Shown piece by piece: positions 50,484-59,846 of a stretch of DNA of 64,000 nt. The stretch comes from Theionarchaea archaeon (lineage in GTDB: Archaea > Methanobacteriota_B > Thermococci > Methanofastidiosales > SZ-28-30). How positions within the stretch are numbered: the stretch's first letter is position 1; each line of letters opens with the position of its first letter. The stretch is taken from NCBI GenBank assembly GCA_018992685.1, contig JACVGT010000034.1:14735-78734 (forward strand). Direction: 5' to 3'. The notes below the pieces were generated by a model. The model was not told the DNA's origin. It worked only from the letters and a program-made list of their open reading frames with translations, and searched no databases. Both the position numbers and the translations under genes were made by a program.

Positions 50484-51260
50484 TTACAGTTTCACTGCTT
50501 CAATGATCAGAGACTGCGGGATTCTCAATTCCAACACGAGATGAGGATGGATTGGATGTCTAGGCCTGGGTTCTTTCAGCCGAGAGACAAGAAATCCAGC
50601 AGTGTTAAGAGCGTCAAAATACTCAGTTACTGTGCGGTGAAACGCTGTGGTGACAAAGTGCTGGGCCAGTCGTGCCATATTCCAATGAATGGAGTAGCTG
50701 CAGGTCTCAAAGTAGTGATCCACCTTGTAGTAGTGAGGAGATTCATTGTGTGATGCGCCTTCCGGGTATTCCCATCCCCCGATGATCTTGTCATTGATTC
50801 TCCTTTTCTCAAAGCAAGGATGAGGAATAACAGCTAGAAATCGTCCCCTCACGATAAGAACTCTCCATATTTCCTGTATAGCCTTGATATACAGTTCAAT
50901 GTCCTGGAGAGCCATGAAGCACGTGACAATATCAAAAGTGCGTCTCTTGAACACATTCAGGTTGCACACATCAGCCACCACGTATTCTATCCCGAGCGGT
51001 TCTTTTTCCTCCTCCTGGAGGGCCAGAGAGATCATGGCCTCTGAAGAATCAACTCCGGTGACCACAGCTCCTTTCTTGGCCATTAAACGAGTGTTGTACC
51101 CTTCACCACATGCAGCATCCAGGATTTTACGTCCAGAGAGTGAGCCCAGCATGTCAAACATTGCAGGATTGTTGAGTTCATCTCTATAGTAGTCTTTTCC
51201 TGTACGAACAAAGGCGGCCCATGCTTCTGCTGCTTCATCCCATTCTCGGGTTACATTCAT
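50484..51260 (-). CDS. Class I SAM-dependent methyltransferase
   Basis: ILDAACGEG, FDIVTC, HPCF, FHRT...Y. Confidence 0.88.
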   Translation of the reverse strand: MNVTREWDEAAEAWAAFVRTGKDYYRDELNNPAMFDMLGSLSGRKILDAACGEGYNTRLMAKKGAVVTGVDSSEAMISLALQEEEKEPLGIEYVVADVCNLNVFKRRTFDIVTCFMALQDIELYIKAIQEIWRVLIVRGRFLAVIPHPCFEKRRINDKIIGGWEYPEGASHNESPHYYKVDHYFETCSYSIHWNMARLAQHFVTTAFHRTVTEYFDALNTAGFLVSRLKEPRPRHPIHPHLVLELRIPQSLIIEAVKL

Positions 51261-51432
51261 GCGACCTCTGTGAACGAGTTCTTATAGGAGTTTCGGGTTG
51301 GGACTGCTACCTGTAGCTCATCCACTCTCCATGGATTCCAGGCAGACGTAGAGAGAACCTTTTAGATTCGCGAGTATCTCTGTCCTCACTGCAGTCAGAA
51401 ACCTTGAAAAGATTGCCTGCAATAGCCCACTC

Positions 51433-52050
51433 ATGAATCATCATCCTCTTTCTGTCTGCAGCTGTGAGCCAGAATCCTCCTGCGGGAAGTGCTCTATTCG
51501 CCCCCATCTCAAGTGCCGGTTCAATCGCGGGGACCTGTTCCATTTTGCAGGCCTGTTCCTGACGTTTGCCCTTCCTTCTTCTGTAGGCATGGTACAATCA
51601 GGATATACCCGGTTTATTCTCATTTGGATTGCATGTCTACTGTTCTTCTTTAATGTTTGGGAGAGCCGTATTCTCTGCAGGCATTGTCCTTTCTACGCTG
51701 AAGAGAGTAGGATACTACACTGCAATGCTAATTACGGTGTGATAAAACTCTGGAAGTACACCCCAACTCCCATTTCCCGGCAGGAACAAATCCAGCTTGT
51801 AGCAGGGTTCATCCTCATTGGAGCATATCCTTTCCCATTCTTAATCCTGGGAAACCAGATAATCCTTGCACTTCTTGCTCTCTGGGGATTGATCGGCTTT
51901 TTCTGGACTCTCCAGAAATACATTTGTTCTGCGTGTGTGAATTTCTCCTGCTTCTTTAACCGAGTTGACACAGAGGTGAAAGGCCAATACCTTCACAAGA
52001 ACCCTGCGTTGAGAGATGCACTGAGTCAGCCTTCTTCCCGCCCGGATTAG
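51433..52050 (+). CDS. Cys-rich 4-TM membrane protein
   Basis: C..C, ILCRHCPFY, C..CVNFSC..N; hydrophobic segments. Confidence 0.75.
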   Translation: MNHHPLSVCSCEPESSCGKCSIRPHLKCRFNRGDLFHFAGLFLTFALPSSVGMVQSGYTRFILIWIACLLFFFNVWESRILCRHCPFYAEESRILHCNANYGVIKLWKYTPTPISRQEQIQLVAGFILIGAYPFPFLILGNQIILALLALWGLIGFFWTLQKYICSACVNFSCFFNRVDTEVKGQYLHKNPALRDALSQPSSRPD

Positions 52051-53300
52051 GAAGGTTCAATCAGGTTCGCAGAGACCACATGGTACGCCTTTTCTTCAAG
52101 CTCGTCCAGGTATTTTCCTCCCTTGAGATAGAGAGTCAGGTAGGGTATAACCTCGTTAGGAACTGGCAGGCTCTCAACCTCTCTCTGGTTCATCTGGGTA
52201 ATACCTGTATCCAGGGTTTCCAGAGTCGCGACTGCCCTATGGAACGGAGGAACGTTCTTTTCTTGAAGAATGTGCTTCCTGAGATAGCCGACTCTCAGCA
52301 GGAACTCTGAGCATTTCAGATTTCCAGGAATTCTCCCGTGAGGTACATATCGGTCTAATGCGTACCTCATACTGTGTTCATATCCGATCTTTTATCCTTT
52401 GACCTCAGGATACACGAACTCTGTTTTTTCAATCTGATTCACATTGATGTTCCCATATAGGTCGTTATTGCCATACAGGAGTTCATACCTTCGAAGGAGG
52501 TGAGGGTAGTGTTCTTGTACCACAGAGAGGAACTCCTGTTTGCTGCGCCCGGGTTTCAGAGTCAATCCCCAGCAGTACACGAATTCTGCCTGCGCTTCCT
52601 TGGCTCTTGTGTATAGCGCTTCCATGTTTTCATCAGTGTCCCCGATGAAGGGAAGCACGGGATAGAAATGAACACCCGCATGAATTCCCTCTTTTCTCAA
52701 GGTTCTGATTGCTGCAAAGCGTTCGTCTGTCGTGCTTGCATGTGGTTCGAAGATTCTCTGGGATTCATTGTCTGCAAGCGTAATGGTGAAACTGCAGCAG
52801 ACATGCGAAGTCTCATTGATAGACTTCAACAGGTCAAGATCCCGCAAGAGTAGAGTATTCTTGGTGAGAATGAAGACGGGGAGCCCATAGTCACGAGCAA
52901 TGGTCAACAGAGTTCTGGTCATTCTGGTTTCAGCTTCTGCGGGCTGGTAGACATCGCACACACCACCTCCAAGGTGGAGCACGAATTTAGGGGGCTGGGT
53001 TTTTTGAGCTGAGTCTTTCAAAGAAGGAATGAAATCCACCAGAGTGTCAGTTTTCTGCCTGTGAAGGGGGATAAATCCTTTCTTTCTGAAAAATCGTTCC
53101 AGGAGAATGGGTGCATTCGTTTTCACCTTGATGCGCTGGGAAAAATCTTCATGCATGAAATATCCTTCCGATTTTCCATCACAATACACACAATCATGGT
53201 AGCATCCCTGGTATGGGTTGAGATAGGCCTCACCCCAGGAGAAGAGGCTGGGAGAACTCTTCCTCATGATGGATTTTGCCTCGTATGGCTGCAGTATCAT
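52047..53300 (-). pseudogene. SPL-like radical SAM gene interrupted by one in-frame TAA (52392-52394)
   Basis: NPYQGCYHDCVYC; reads ...VKG*KIGYEHSMRY... in one frame into ORF 52047-52370. Confidence 0.75.
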
Positions 53301-53467
53301 TGAAAGAGTATGTATCCTGTACTAAAGGATTTTGTGCAGGCCAACAATTGAGATAACGAAATCCAGGGACAGCAGGAAGGACAGATCAGCAGCTGACTCT
53401 ACCGGAATTTTTGTACTCTGCCATGGTAACCTTTATCACATGCAGCACCTACTCGTACCGTGGTTCC

Positions 53468-54607
53468 ATGCTGGAAAACATCAGAATTCTGGATCTATCC
53501 CGGTTATTACCCGGACCATACTGTTCCATGCTCCTGGCTGATCTGGGATGTCATGTCATCAAAATTGAAGAGCCCACCACAGGCGATTACGCCCGCTGGA
53601 TGCCGCCTTTCATCAAAACGGAGAGCGCCCGGTTCCTCTCTGTGAACAGAAACAAGAAAAGCATGACACTGAATCTGAAAGCAGAAAAAGGAAGAAGAAT
53701 TTTCATGCAGTTAGTAGAAAGAAGTGATGTCGTCCTTGAGAGCTTCCGTCCTGGCATCCTTGAAACTCTTCAGATCCATTATGAGGCAGCCCAGAAAGTG
53801 AATCCAGGGATTATTTACTGCTCTATAACAGCCTATGGACAGGATGGACCGTACAGTCATAAGGCAGCTCACGACCTCAATGTTATTGGGGTGGGAGGAG
53901 TATTGAGCATCACCAGGAACAGGGAAATACCAGGGATTCAAATTGCAGATACTGCTTCTGGATTGCTGGCATGCATCGGAATTCTGTCTGCTGTGATTGC
54001 CAGGGAGAGAACGGGGAAGGGGCAGCACCTTGACATCTCCATGCTCGACAGCATCGTGTCTTTGCTGTCAATCCATGCAGGAGAGTACTTTGCCACAAAG
54101 AAATCTCCTATCCCTGAGGAGATGGCTCTGTCAGGAGGTCTTGCCTGCTACAATGTCTACAGAACAAAAGACGGAAAATTCGTCACACTTGCGGCCTTGG
54201 AACCGAAATTCTGGCAGGAATTCTGTGGAGCAGTGGGGAGAGATGATCTGGGATCACGGCAATTTGATGACGATCAAGAAGAGCTGAAACAGGTCATGAA
54301 CAGGATATTTGAGGAAAAATCCCAGGAAGAGTGGCTGGCTATATTGCAGGATGTCTGCACTCCAGTAAACAATCTGGAACAGGTGTTCAGAGATCCACAA
54401 GTTCTTCATAGAAAAATGCTGTCTCAGATAGAGCACCCTGCTGCAGGTGTCATTGACCAGGTGGGGACACCGATAAAGTCATCCCATTTCTCCTGCGGGA
54501 TGAGGGTTCAACCTCCTTTGTTTGGCGAGCATACCATTCCCATATTGCAGGAGATGGGGCTTACCCAGGCTGAGATCAAGGAACTGCAGAGAGAAGGAGT
54601 AATATAG
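53468..54607 (+). CDS. CaiB/BaiF family III CoA-transferase (AMACR-like)
   Basis: LDLSRLLPGP, NRNKKS, ESFRPG, HDLN, IAD...G, GEHT. Confidence 0.92.
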   Translation: MLENIRILDLSRLLPGPYCSMLLADLGCHVIKIEEPTTGDYARWMPPFIKTESARFLSVNRNKKSMTLNLKAEKGRRIFMQLVERSDVVLESFRPGILETLQIHYEAAQKVNPGIIYCSITAYGQDGPYSHKAAHDLNVIGVGGVLSITRNREIPGIQIADTASGLLACIGILSAVIARERTGKGQHLDISMLDSIVSLLSIHAGEYFATKKSPIPEEMALSGGLACYNVYRTKDGKFVTLAALEPKFWQEFCGAVGRDDLGSRQFDDDQEELKQVMNRIFEEKSQEEWLAILQDVCTPVNNLEQVFRDPQVLHRKMLSQIEHPAAGVIDQVGTPIKSSHFSCGMRVQPPLFGEHTIPILQEMGLTQAEIKELQREGVI

Positions 54608-54949
54608 CCAGATCAGCCTCACCGTTACCTTTTTCCTAGATAAATCCATTTCTCACTCATAAGTGGTGTTTTGATTTATTCTTACCACTCTTGGAATTCT
54701 TTCATGTCAAATTGAGCAATTAGAGAACAAAAAAAGAGATTTCAGGACTACTTTTTACAATGAAAGAGAAGCCGACGTATATTCATTGAGAAACCTTTAT
54801 ATTGTTCTATTCCATAGAGAGAGAAAGAGTGGGATTGACAAAAGGTGAATAGTGAAGGAAGTGTTCAAAGAGGAGAAAAGAAGAGTCCTGAAATGTGAAG
54901 CTTCTTCCATAGCCAGGGGTCATAGCATGAACGACATGGGAATGATTCT

Positions 54950-57142
54950 ATGACAGAAACACATACGAGAGGAAAGCTCAAAGAACTGGAAGAAAGATAC
55001 AGGGCCCTTTTTGATAGAACTCTTTATTGTGTGTATATCAATGATTTTGATGGAAATATCCTTGATGCAAACGAAACTGCCCTGAACCTTCTGGGATATA
55101 CAAAGGACGAAATACCTTCCCTGAATTTCTCTGCACTCCTAGACAGTGATCAGCTGGAAGCAGTAAGAGAGGCTACCAGGAATCTCCTCGAGTCGGGATT
55201 TCGGGAATCGCCCGTTGAGTACCGATTAAGGAAAAAGGACGGGTCATCTGTCTGGGTTGAAGCAGAAGCCTCCCTGCTCTTCAGGGACGGAAAGCCTTAT
55301 GCCATACAGGGGATTGCGAAAGACATCACTGAACAGAAGATGACTCTTGAGGCTCTCAGAGAGAGTGAGGAGAAATACAGGTCGCTCACAACCAACCTTA
55401 ACGTAGGGGTCTACCGGAACGTACCAGGGCCCCAAGGGTGGTTCATAGAGGCCAACCCTGCAGTTGTGAAGATGTTTGGGTATGCCAGTAAGAACGAATT
55501 CTTGGAACTATCTGTTTGTGAGATTTTCCAGAACCCGGAAGACAGAGATTTGTTGGACAAGAAGATATCGAAAGAAGGATTCGTCAAAGGTGAGGAATTA
55601 CTTCTCAAGAAGAGAGATGGAAGTACCTTTGTAGGATCAGTCTCCGCCGTGGCAGTCAAAGGTAACGATGGAAGAACGTTATATCATGACGGGATAATCG
55701 AGGACATTTCTGAGAGAAAACATTCACAGAAAGAACTGGAGGACTCAGAAGAGAAGTACAGAACTCTGGTTGAACAGTCCTTGCAGGGAATTGTCATTGT
55801 TCGGGGCATTCCCCCCAGACCTGTCTTTGTCAATCCGGCTGTGGCTGAAATGTCGGGGTACTCTTCTCAGGAGATACTCTCTTTCTCATCAGAAGAGATG
55901 ACATCCCTCATACATCCACAGGACCAGAAGCGCCTGTTCAGAGACTATCAGAGACGGCTGAGGGGGGAAAAACCCTCTCCACACTTTGAAATGCGCATTG
56001 TGAGACAGGATGGAGAACTTCGATGGCTGGAGGCCCATTCACGACTGATAACGTACTCTGGAGAGCCAGCTGTCCAGGCAATATTCGTGGATGTCACCGA
56101 GCGAAAACGAGCAGAGGAGAAGATACGAACTCTCAACCTCGAACTCAAAGAGAGGATAGAAGAGAGATCCACACGAATCGAAATGCTGCTCAATGCGAGG
56201 CAGAGGCTTCAGGTTGAAAAGAACTGGGAAAAAGGATTGCGAGAGATCGTCGAAACCATGGAAAACCTTGGATTTGACCATACGGGCATCTTTCTGGTCA
56301 ATCGCGTGCGAAAAAGCCTTGTTTTTCACTCGGGAACAGGGATTGATCTACCTGATGCAGGTACTGCCGTTCCTCTCAGTGATAGCGAGCATTTTGGCGT
56401 GAGATGCGTCCTCGACAAGAGGACCATTCATATCAAAGATGCTTCTTCTGCTGAAGGGAGCCGAATAGGACCAGGACCCAGTTCCTTTGTATGGATTCCC
56501 ATCATGGTTCAAAATGAGGCTTTTGCTGCCCTAGCTGCAGGGAACTTCCGTAAAGACAATCCTGTTAACGAGGAAGATGTGAAAGATCTTGAGATTCTGG
56601 CAAGCATGTGCGGGAATTTCATTGACAGGACGAGCCTACTTGTGGAACCCGCTCCTGAGGAACTTACTTCTACGAAAATAAGATATTGGATTGACCCATC
56701 TGAAGGGTATACTGTCCTGGAGAAGAAACCAGAACGATCATTGAAGATTTTTCAAGATCTGGTAACCCATGGTATTCCGGGATTTGTCATTTCCAGGGAA
56801 TATCCAGAAAAGGTGAGAAGGAAATACAACCTCATGAAAACGCCGATATTGTGGCTGTCCAGGTTCGAGGTTGATGATGCGCTGAGTCCAGATGATCTTC
56901 CCAAATTGATTTACATCGTGAAGGATTTTACAAAGAAGTGTGAGGAATCTGTGGTCTTCCTTGATGGATTGGAATATCTCATCACCCAGATTGGGTTCGA
57001 CACTGTCATGAAGTACGTGGAAGAGTTGAAAGACATTGTGGTGACAAACAAATCCCGTCTCATTGTCCCTGTTCACAGAGGTGCCATATCTGACAGGGAA
57101 TTTAGTATACTGGAGAAGGAATTTGTGGTGATGACAGAATGA
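54950..57142 (+). CDS. PAS(x3)-GAF-DUF835 sensor protein
   Basis: Three PAS/PAC units; GAF; C-terminal ISR.YP...WLS...VVFLDGLEYL....F (DUF835). Confidence 0.87.
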   Translation: MTETHTRGKLKELEERYRALFDRTLYCVYINDFDGNILDANETALNLLGYTKDEIPSLNFSALLDSDQLEAVREATRNLLESGFRESPVEYRLRKKDGSSVWVEAEASLLFRDGKPYAIQGIAKDITEQKMTLEALRESEEKYRSLTTNLNVGVYRNVPGPQGWFIEANPAVVKMFGYASKNEFLELSVCEIFQNPEDRDLLDKKISKEGFVKGEELLLKKRDGSTFVGSVSAVAVKGNDGRTLYHDGIIEDISERKHSQKELEDSEEKYRTLVEQSLQGIVIVRGIPPRPVFVNPAVAEMSGYSSQEILSFSSEEMTSLIHPQDQKRLFRDYQRRLRGEKPSPHFEMRIVRQDGELRWLEAHSRLITYSGEPAVQAIFVDVTERKRAEEKIRTLNLELKERIEERSTRIEMLLNARQRLQVEKNWEKGLREIVETMENLGFDHTGIFLVNRVRKSLVFHSGTGIDLPDAGTAVPLSDSEHFGVRCVLDKRTIHIKDASSAEGSRIGPGPSSFVWIPIMVQNEAFAALAAGNFRKDNPVNEEDVKDLEILASMCGNFIDRTSLLVEPAPEELTSTKIRYWIDPSEGYTVLEKKPERSLKIFQDLVTHGIPGFVISREYPEKVRRKYNLMKTPILWLSRFEVDDALSPDDLPKLIYIVKDFTKKCEESVVFLDGLEYLITQIGFDTVMKYVEELKDIVVTNKSRLIVPVHRGAISDREFSILEKEFVVMTE

Positions 57143-57205
57143 TGTGTCTGGATAACCCCTGTCTGAAGGGTTCTCAATCCGCCCCGATGATCACAGGACA
57201 GACAC

Positions 57206-59011
57206 TTACATAGTCACGTCTCGTATGAATGTCACGACTCTCTTGTAGCTCTCATGGACATTCTTCTTCTTTTTCAGCCCATGTCCTTCATCCTCATAGC
57301 ATATCATTGCGAACAAGTGGTCTCTGCTTGCGTCCTGCGCTTTCCTGAAAGCATAGTTAAGTCCTGAGACGGGAGTGTACCCGTCACTACAACCATGAAT
57401 TGTCAGAATGGGCCTCTTCAGGTTCTCTATGTTACTGGCAAAGGATCTGTCAGTCAAGAGGTCTTCGTCTTCAATGTCCATCCAGACACACCCACTCGTT
57501 AACAACCAGGTTGAGGCATGTTCAGGAAGAAGAGTGTACACCCCGGATATGCACACTCCACCCAGACACACGTCAGGATATTTCACGAGAGTCATTGCAG
57601 CAAGATAGGCTCCGTAACTCTGACCACCCACAACGAAGGAAGTGTACCCCTGCTTTTCCAGGTATTTTATGCCTTCTAGTACGTCTCTGAGGTCTCCTCC
57701 CCCCAGATCGTTCCAGTTGAGCTTCTCGAATTCGCTGCCATATCCCTTGCTCCCCCTGAAATTGGGAGTGAAAACAGCCATCCCGTTCAAGGCAAAGTAC
57801 TGGACAACAGGGTCAAACTCATTCAGACTGATGTCAGAGGGGCCGCCGTGCAGCCACACCAGAACAGGTGTTGCTTCAGCGTTGTATAACCACCCGCCAA
57901 TTGTTCTTCCGTCAAACGTCTGGTAGTGAACTGGGGTAGGCTGGTAGGTGGGGCATGCTGGTGGCTCTGAGTACTGGGGCCGAGGTGACCCTTCCAACGG
58001 TATAAACAGGATGCCAGTTCCCTCACGTGAGCTGGAGAACCAGCAGTACACCCCTTTTTCGCTCCACCTAGGATGAGAAAGGCACCCTTTGGTCCTGACC
58101 TCTCTTCGTATTCCTTCTTCTACAGAAAGGAATACAAGGCATGTCATCCCGTCTATGTATTCATTACACGCAATCCATTCCCCATCAGGGAATACTTCAT
58201 AGAATTCCTTATCCCACGTATCTTCCTTGTGGTCGACCCACTGGAATTCTCCACTTCCTGCAGATATTCCAAACTCATCGTAGCCCTGTGAATCAGAAAG
58301 AAAAACAAACCTATCCTGGTCTATCCAGATGTTTGAGATCGTCCTGGAGAGATCAGACGAAGAGAGGTACCATATGTAAGGACTTCCCACCCTTGCTGAT
58401 GAATTCGGGAAAGAAATGAGCTTTATTGTCTCTTTCTCTTCGAGAGAGTAGCTCCACACTTCGCCACATAAGTCTGGCTGGCTCCGTGTCCAGTACACGA
58501 TACGGGTTGCATCAGGTGACCACACAAATGATCGAAGGTATGAGGGTGGCTCTGGCACGACAATAGGGGCACGTGTCTTTCCCTCCACAGAGTTGAACCT
58601 CAACACATACAGACTGAGGAGGCCACCACGGTCTGAAAGATAGGCCACACGAGTTGCATCAGGCGAGGGCTGAGGAGACAGGTTCCTCGCGCTTCCGGTT
58701 AGGGGGACTGATCTTCCATTCTGGTACAGATAGATGTCAGTTCTATCGCCTGTCTCTTCTTGGATGTAGAGAATATCAGTACCAGAAAAAACAGGTGAAT
58801 ATCCCTTGCCCAGGTCCCGAACTGTACCTGCAGAAAGAATTCGCAGTCGATTCCCCTCATCTTTCCGTGATATAACAATATCCTCTCCCCTCACGTCAAA
58901 CCCTCTCAACACTCTTGGAGTGTCCAGTAGTGCATCGCCAGACATGATATCCCTCGTCATACTACGATACGGCTCCTCTGTTTTAATGATTTCGCACCTC
59001 ATTGGGTACAT
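57206..59011 (-). CDS. S9 prolyl oligopeptidase/acylaminoacyl peptidase family
   Basis: WD40/PD40-like SPD repeats; HGGP, NFRGS.GYG, GQSYG, HG..D, EGHG. Confidence 0.9.
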   Translation of the reverse strand: MYPMRCEIIKTEEPYRSMTRDIMSGDALLDTPRVLRGFDVRGEDIVISRKDEGNRLRILSAGTVRDLGKGYSPVFSGTDILYIQEETGDRTDIYLYQNGRSVPLTGSARNLSPQPSPDATRVAYLSDRGGLLSLYVLRFNSVEGKTRAPIVVPEPPSYLRSFVWSPDATRIVYWTRSQPDLCGEVWSYSLEEKETIKLISFPNSSARVGSPYIWYLSSSDLSRTISNIWIDQDRFVFLSDSQGYDEFGISAGSGEFQWVDHKEDTWDKEFYEVFPDGEWIACNEYIDGMTCLVFLSVEEGIRREVRTKGCLSHPRWSEKGVYCWFSSSREGTGILFIPLEGSPRPQYSEPPACPTYQPTPVHYQTFDGRTIGGWLYNAEATPVLVWLHGGPSDISLNEFDPVVQYFALNGMAVFTPNFRGSKGYGSEFEKLNWNDLGGGDLRDVLEGIKYLEKQGYTSFVVGGQSYGAYLAAMTLVKYPDVCLGGVCISGVYTLLPEHASTWLLTSGCVWMDIEDEDLLTDRSFASNIENLKRPILTIHGCSDGYTPVSGLNYAFRKAQDASRDHLFAMICYEDEGHGLKKKKNVHESYKRVVTFIRDVTM

Positions 59012-59023
59012 ATCAATGAAGTC

Positions 59024-59144
59024 TTCGATTTACGGTGGATAATTCTGAATTGAATCTGTCTGGCGCCACGAGTTCAGAATCTGAACCTTTTGGGGGTCAA
59101 GATTTGGCAGGGTCAGTGACCACATTTATCCACCGAGTTTCGAA
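59024..59144. repeat. 121-bp segment bounded by imperfect inverted repeats
   Basis: ttcgatttacggtggataatt ... atttatccaccgagtttcgaa (perfect 10-bp core plus 5-bp outer match). Confidence 0.6.
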
Positions 59145-59492
59145 CAATCAATACAGTGTACGAGAGAATATGATTTGCCGTAGTGAAAGAAAAAATTTTT
59201 CCTAGAGCTTTATTTTGGAGAAAACTTCTTCTTGTGCCTTTTCGAAAATAATTACATCTTTTTTCCAAGAAAGGCATATAAGACTTCCTCCGGAATCCAC
59301 AGCAGGTAAATCAAACACGAACCTTCCGCTCTGGTGAGGAGTCGGGTGAGGCCAGTTCTTCTTCTACTCGTCCCCTGGGCTGATCGTCCGGCTTCTCATC
59401 AACCACATTGCAAGTGTAATTTTCCAGGCTTCAAGGTTCCAAAAGTATATATGTATGCTCCTTCTTCTTGATATACTTTCACGAGGGATACT

Positions 59493-59807
59493 ATGACAGC
59501 ATGCAAGAAATGTGGAACTGAGCTCCCTGAGAACGCCCAATTCTGCCACAGGTGTGGCGCTTCTGTAGGTACCACACGAGAGGAATTCTACATTGATTCT
59601 GATCATCTCGTTGAGAAGATCAAAGAACTCATTCATGAGGGAAATGTAACCAGAGTCATTGTTAAGGACGAAAACGACAAGCTCCTCCTGGAAATACCAG
59701 TAACCATAGGGGTCATCGGAGTGCTTATCGCTCCCTGGCTGGCTGCTCTAGGTGCTATTGCTGCCCTGGCCACCAGGTGCAGGATCATTGTAGAAAGAAA
59801 AGAATAA
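59493..59807 (+). CDS. Zinc-ribbon + DUF4342 protein
   Basis: CKKCG...FCHRCG; L.EKIKELI.EGNVTRV...LLEIPV. Confidence 0.87.
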   Translation: MTACKKCGTELPENAQFCHRCGASVGTTREEFYIDSDHLVEKIKELIHEGNVTRVIVKDENDKLLLEIPVTIGVIGVLIAPWLAALGAIAALATRCRIIVERKE

Positions 59808-59846
59808 AGTTGCACTCTCAGATTGAAATTCTACGTGGGTACCATC

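Noticed and set aside
59126-59134. DnaA box or replication origin (ttatccacc)
   Set aside because: Archaeal context with no cdc6 gene or ORB array; better explained as part of the dispersed repeat.
59310-59410. C/D box sRNA or small ORF on the minus strand
   Set aside because: TGATGA is present but there is no convincing D box spacing or guide, and no coding support.
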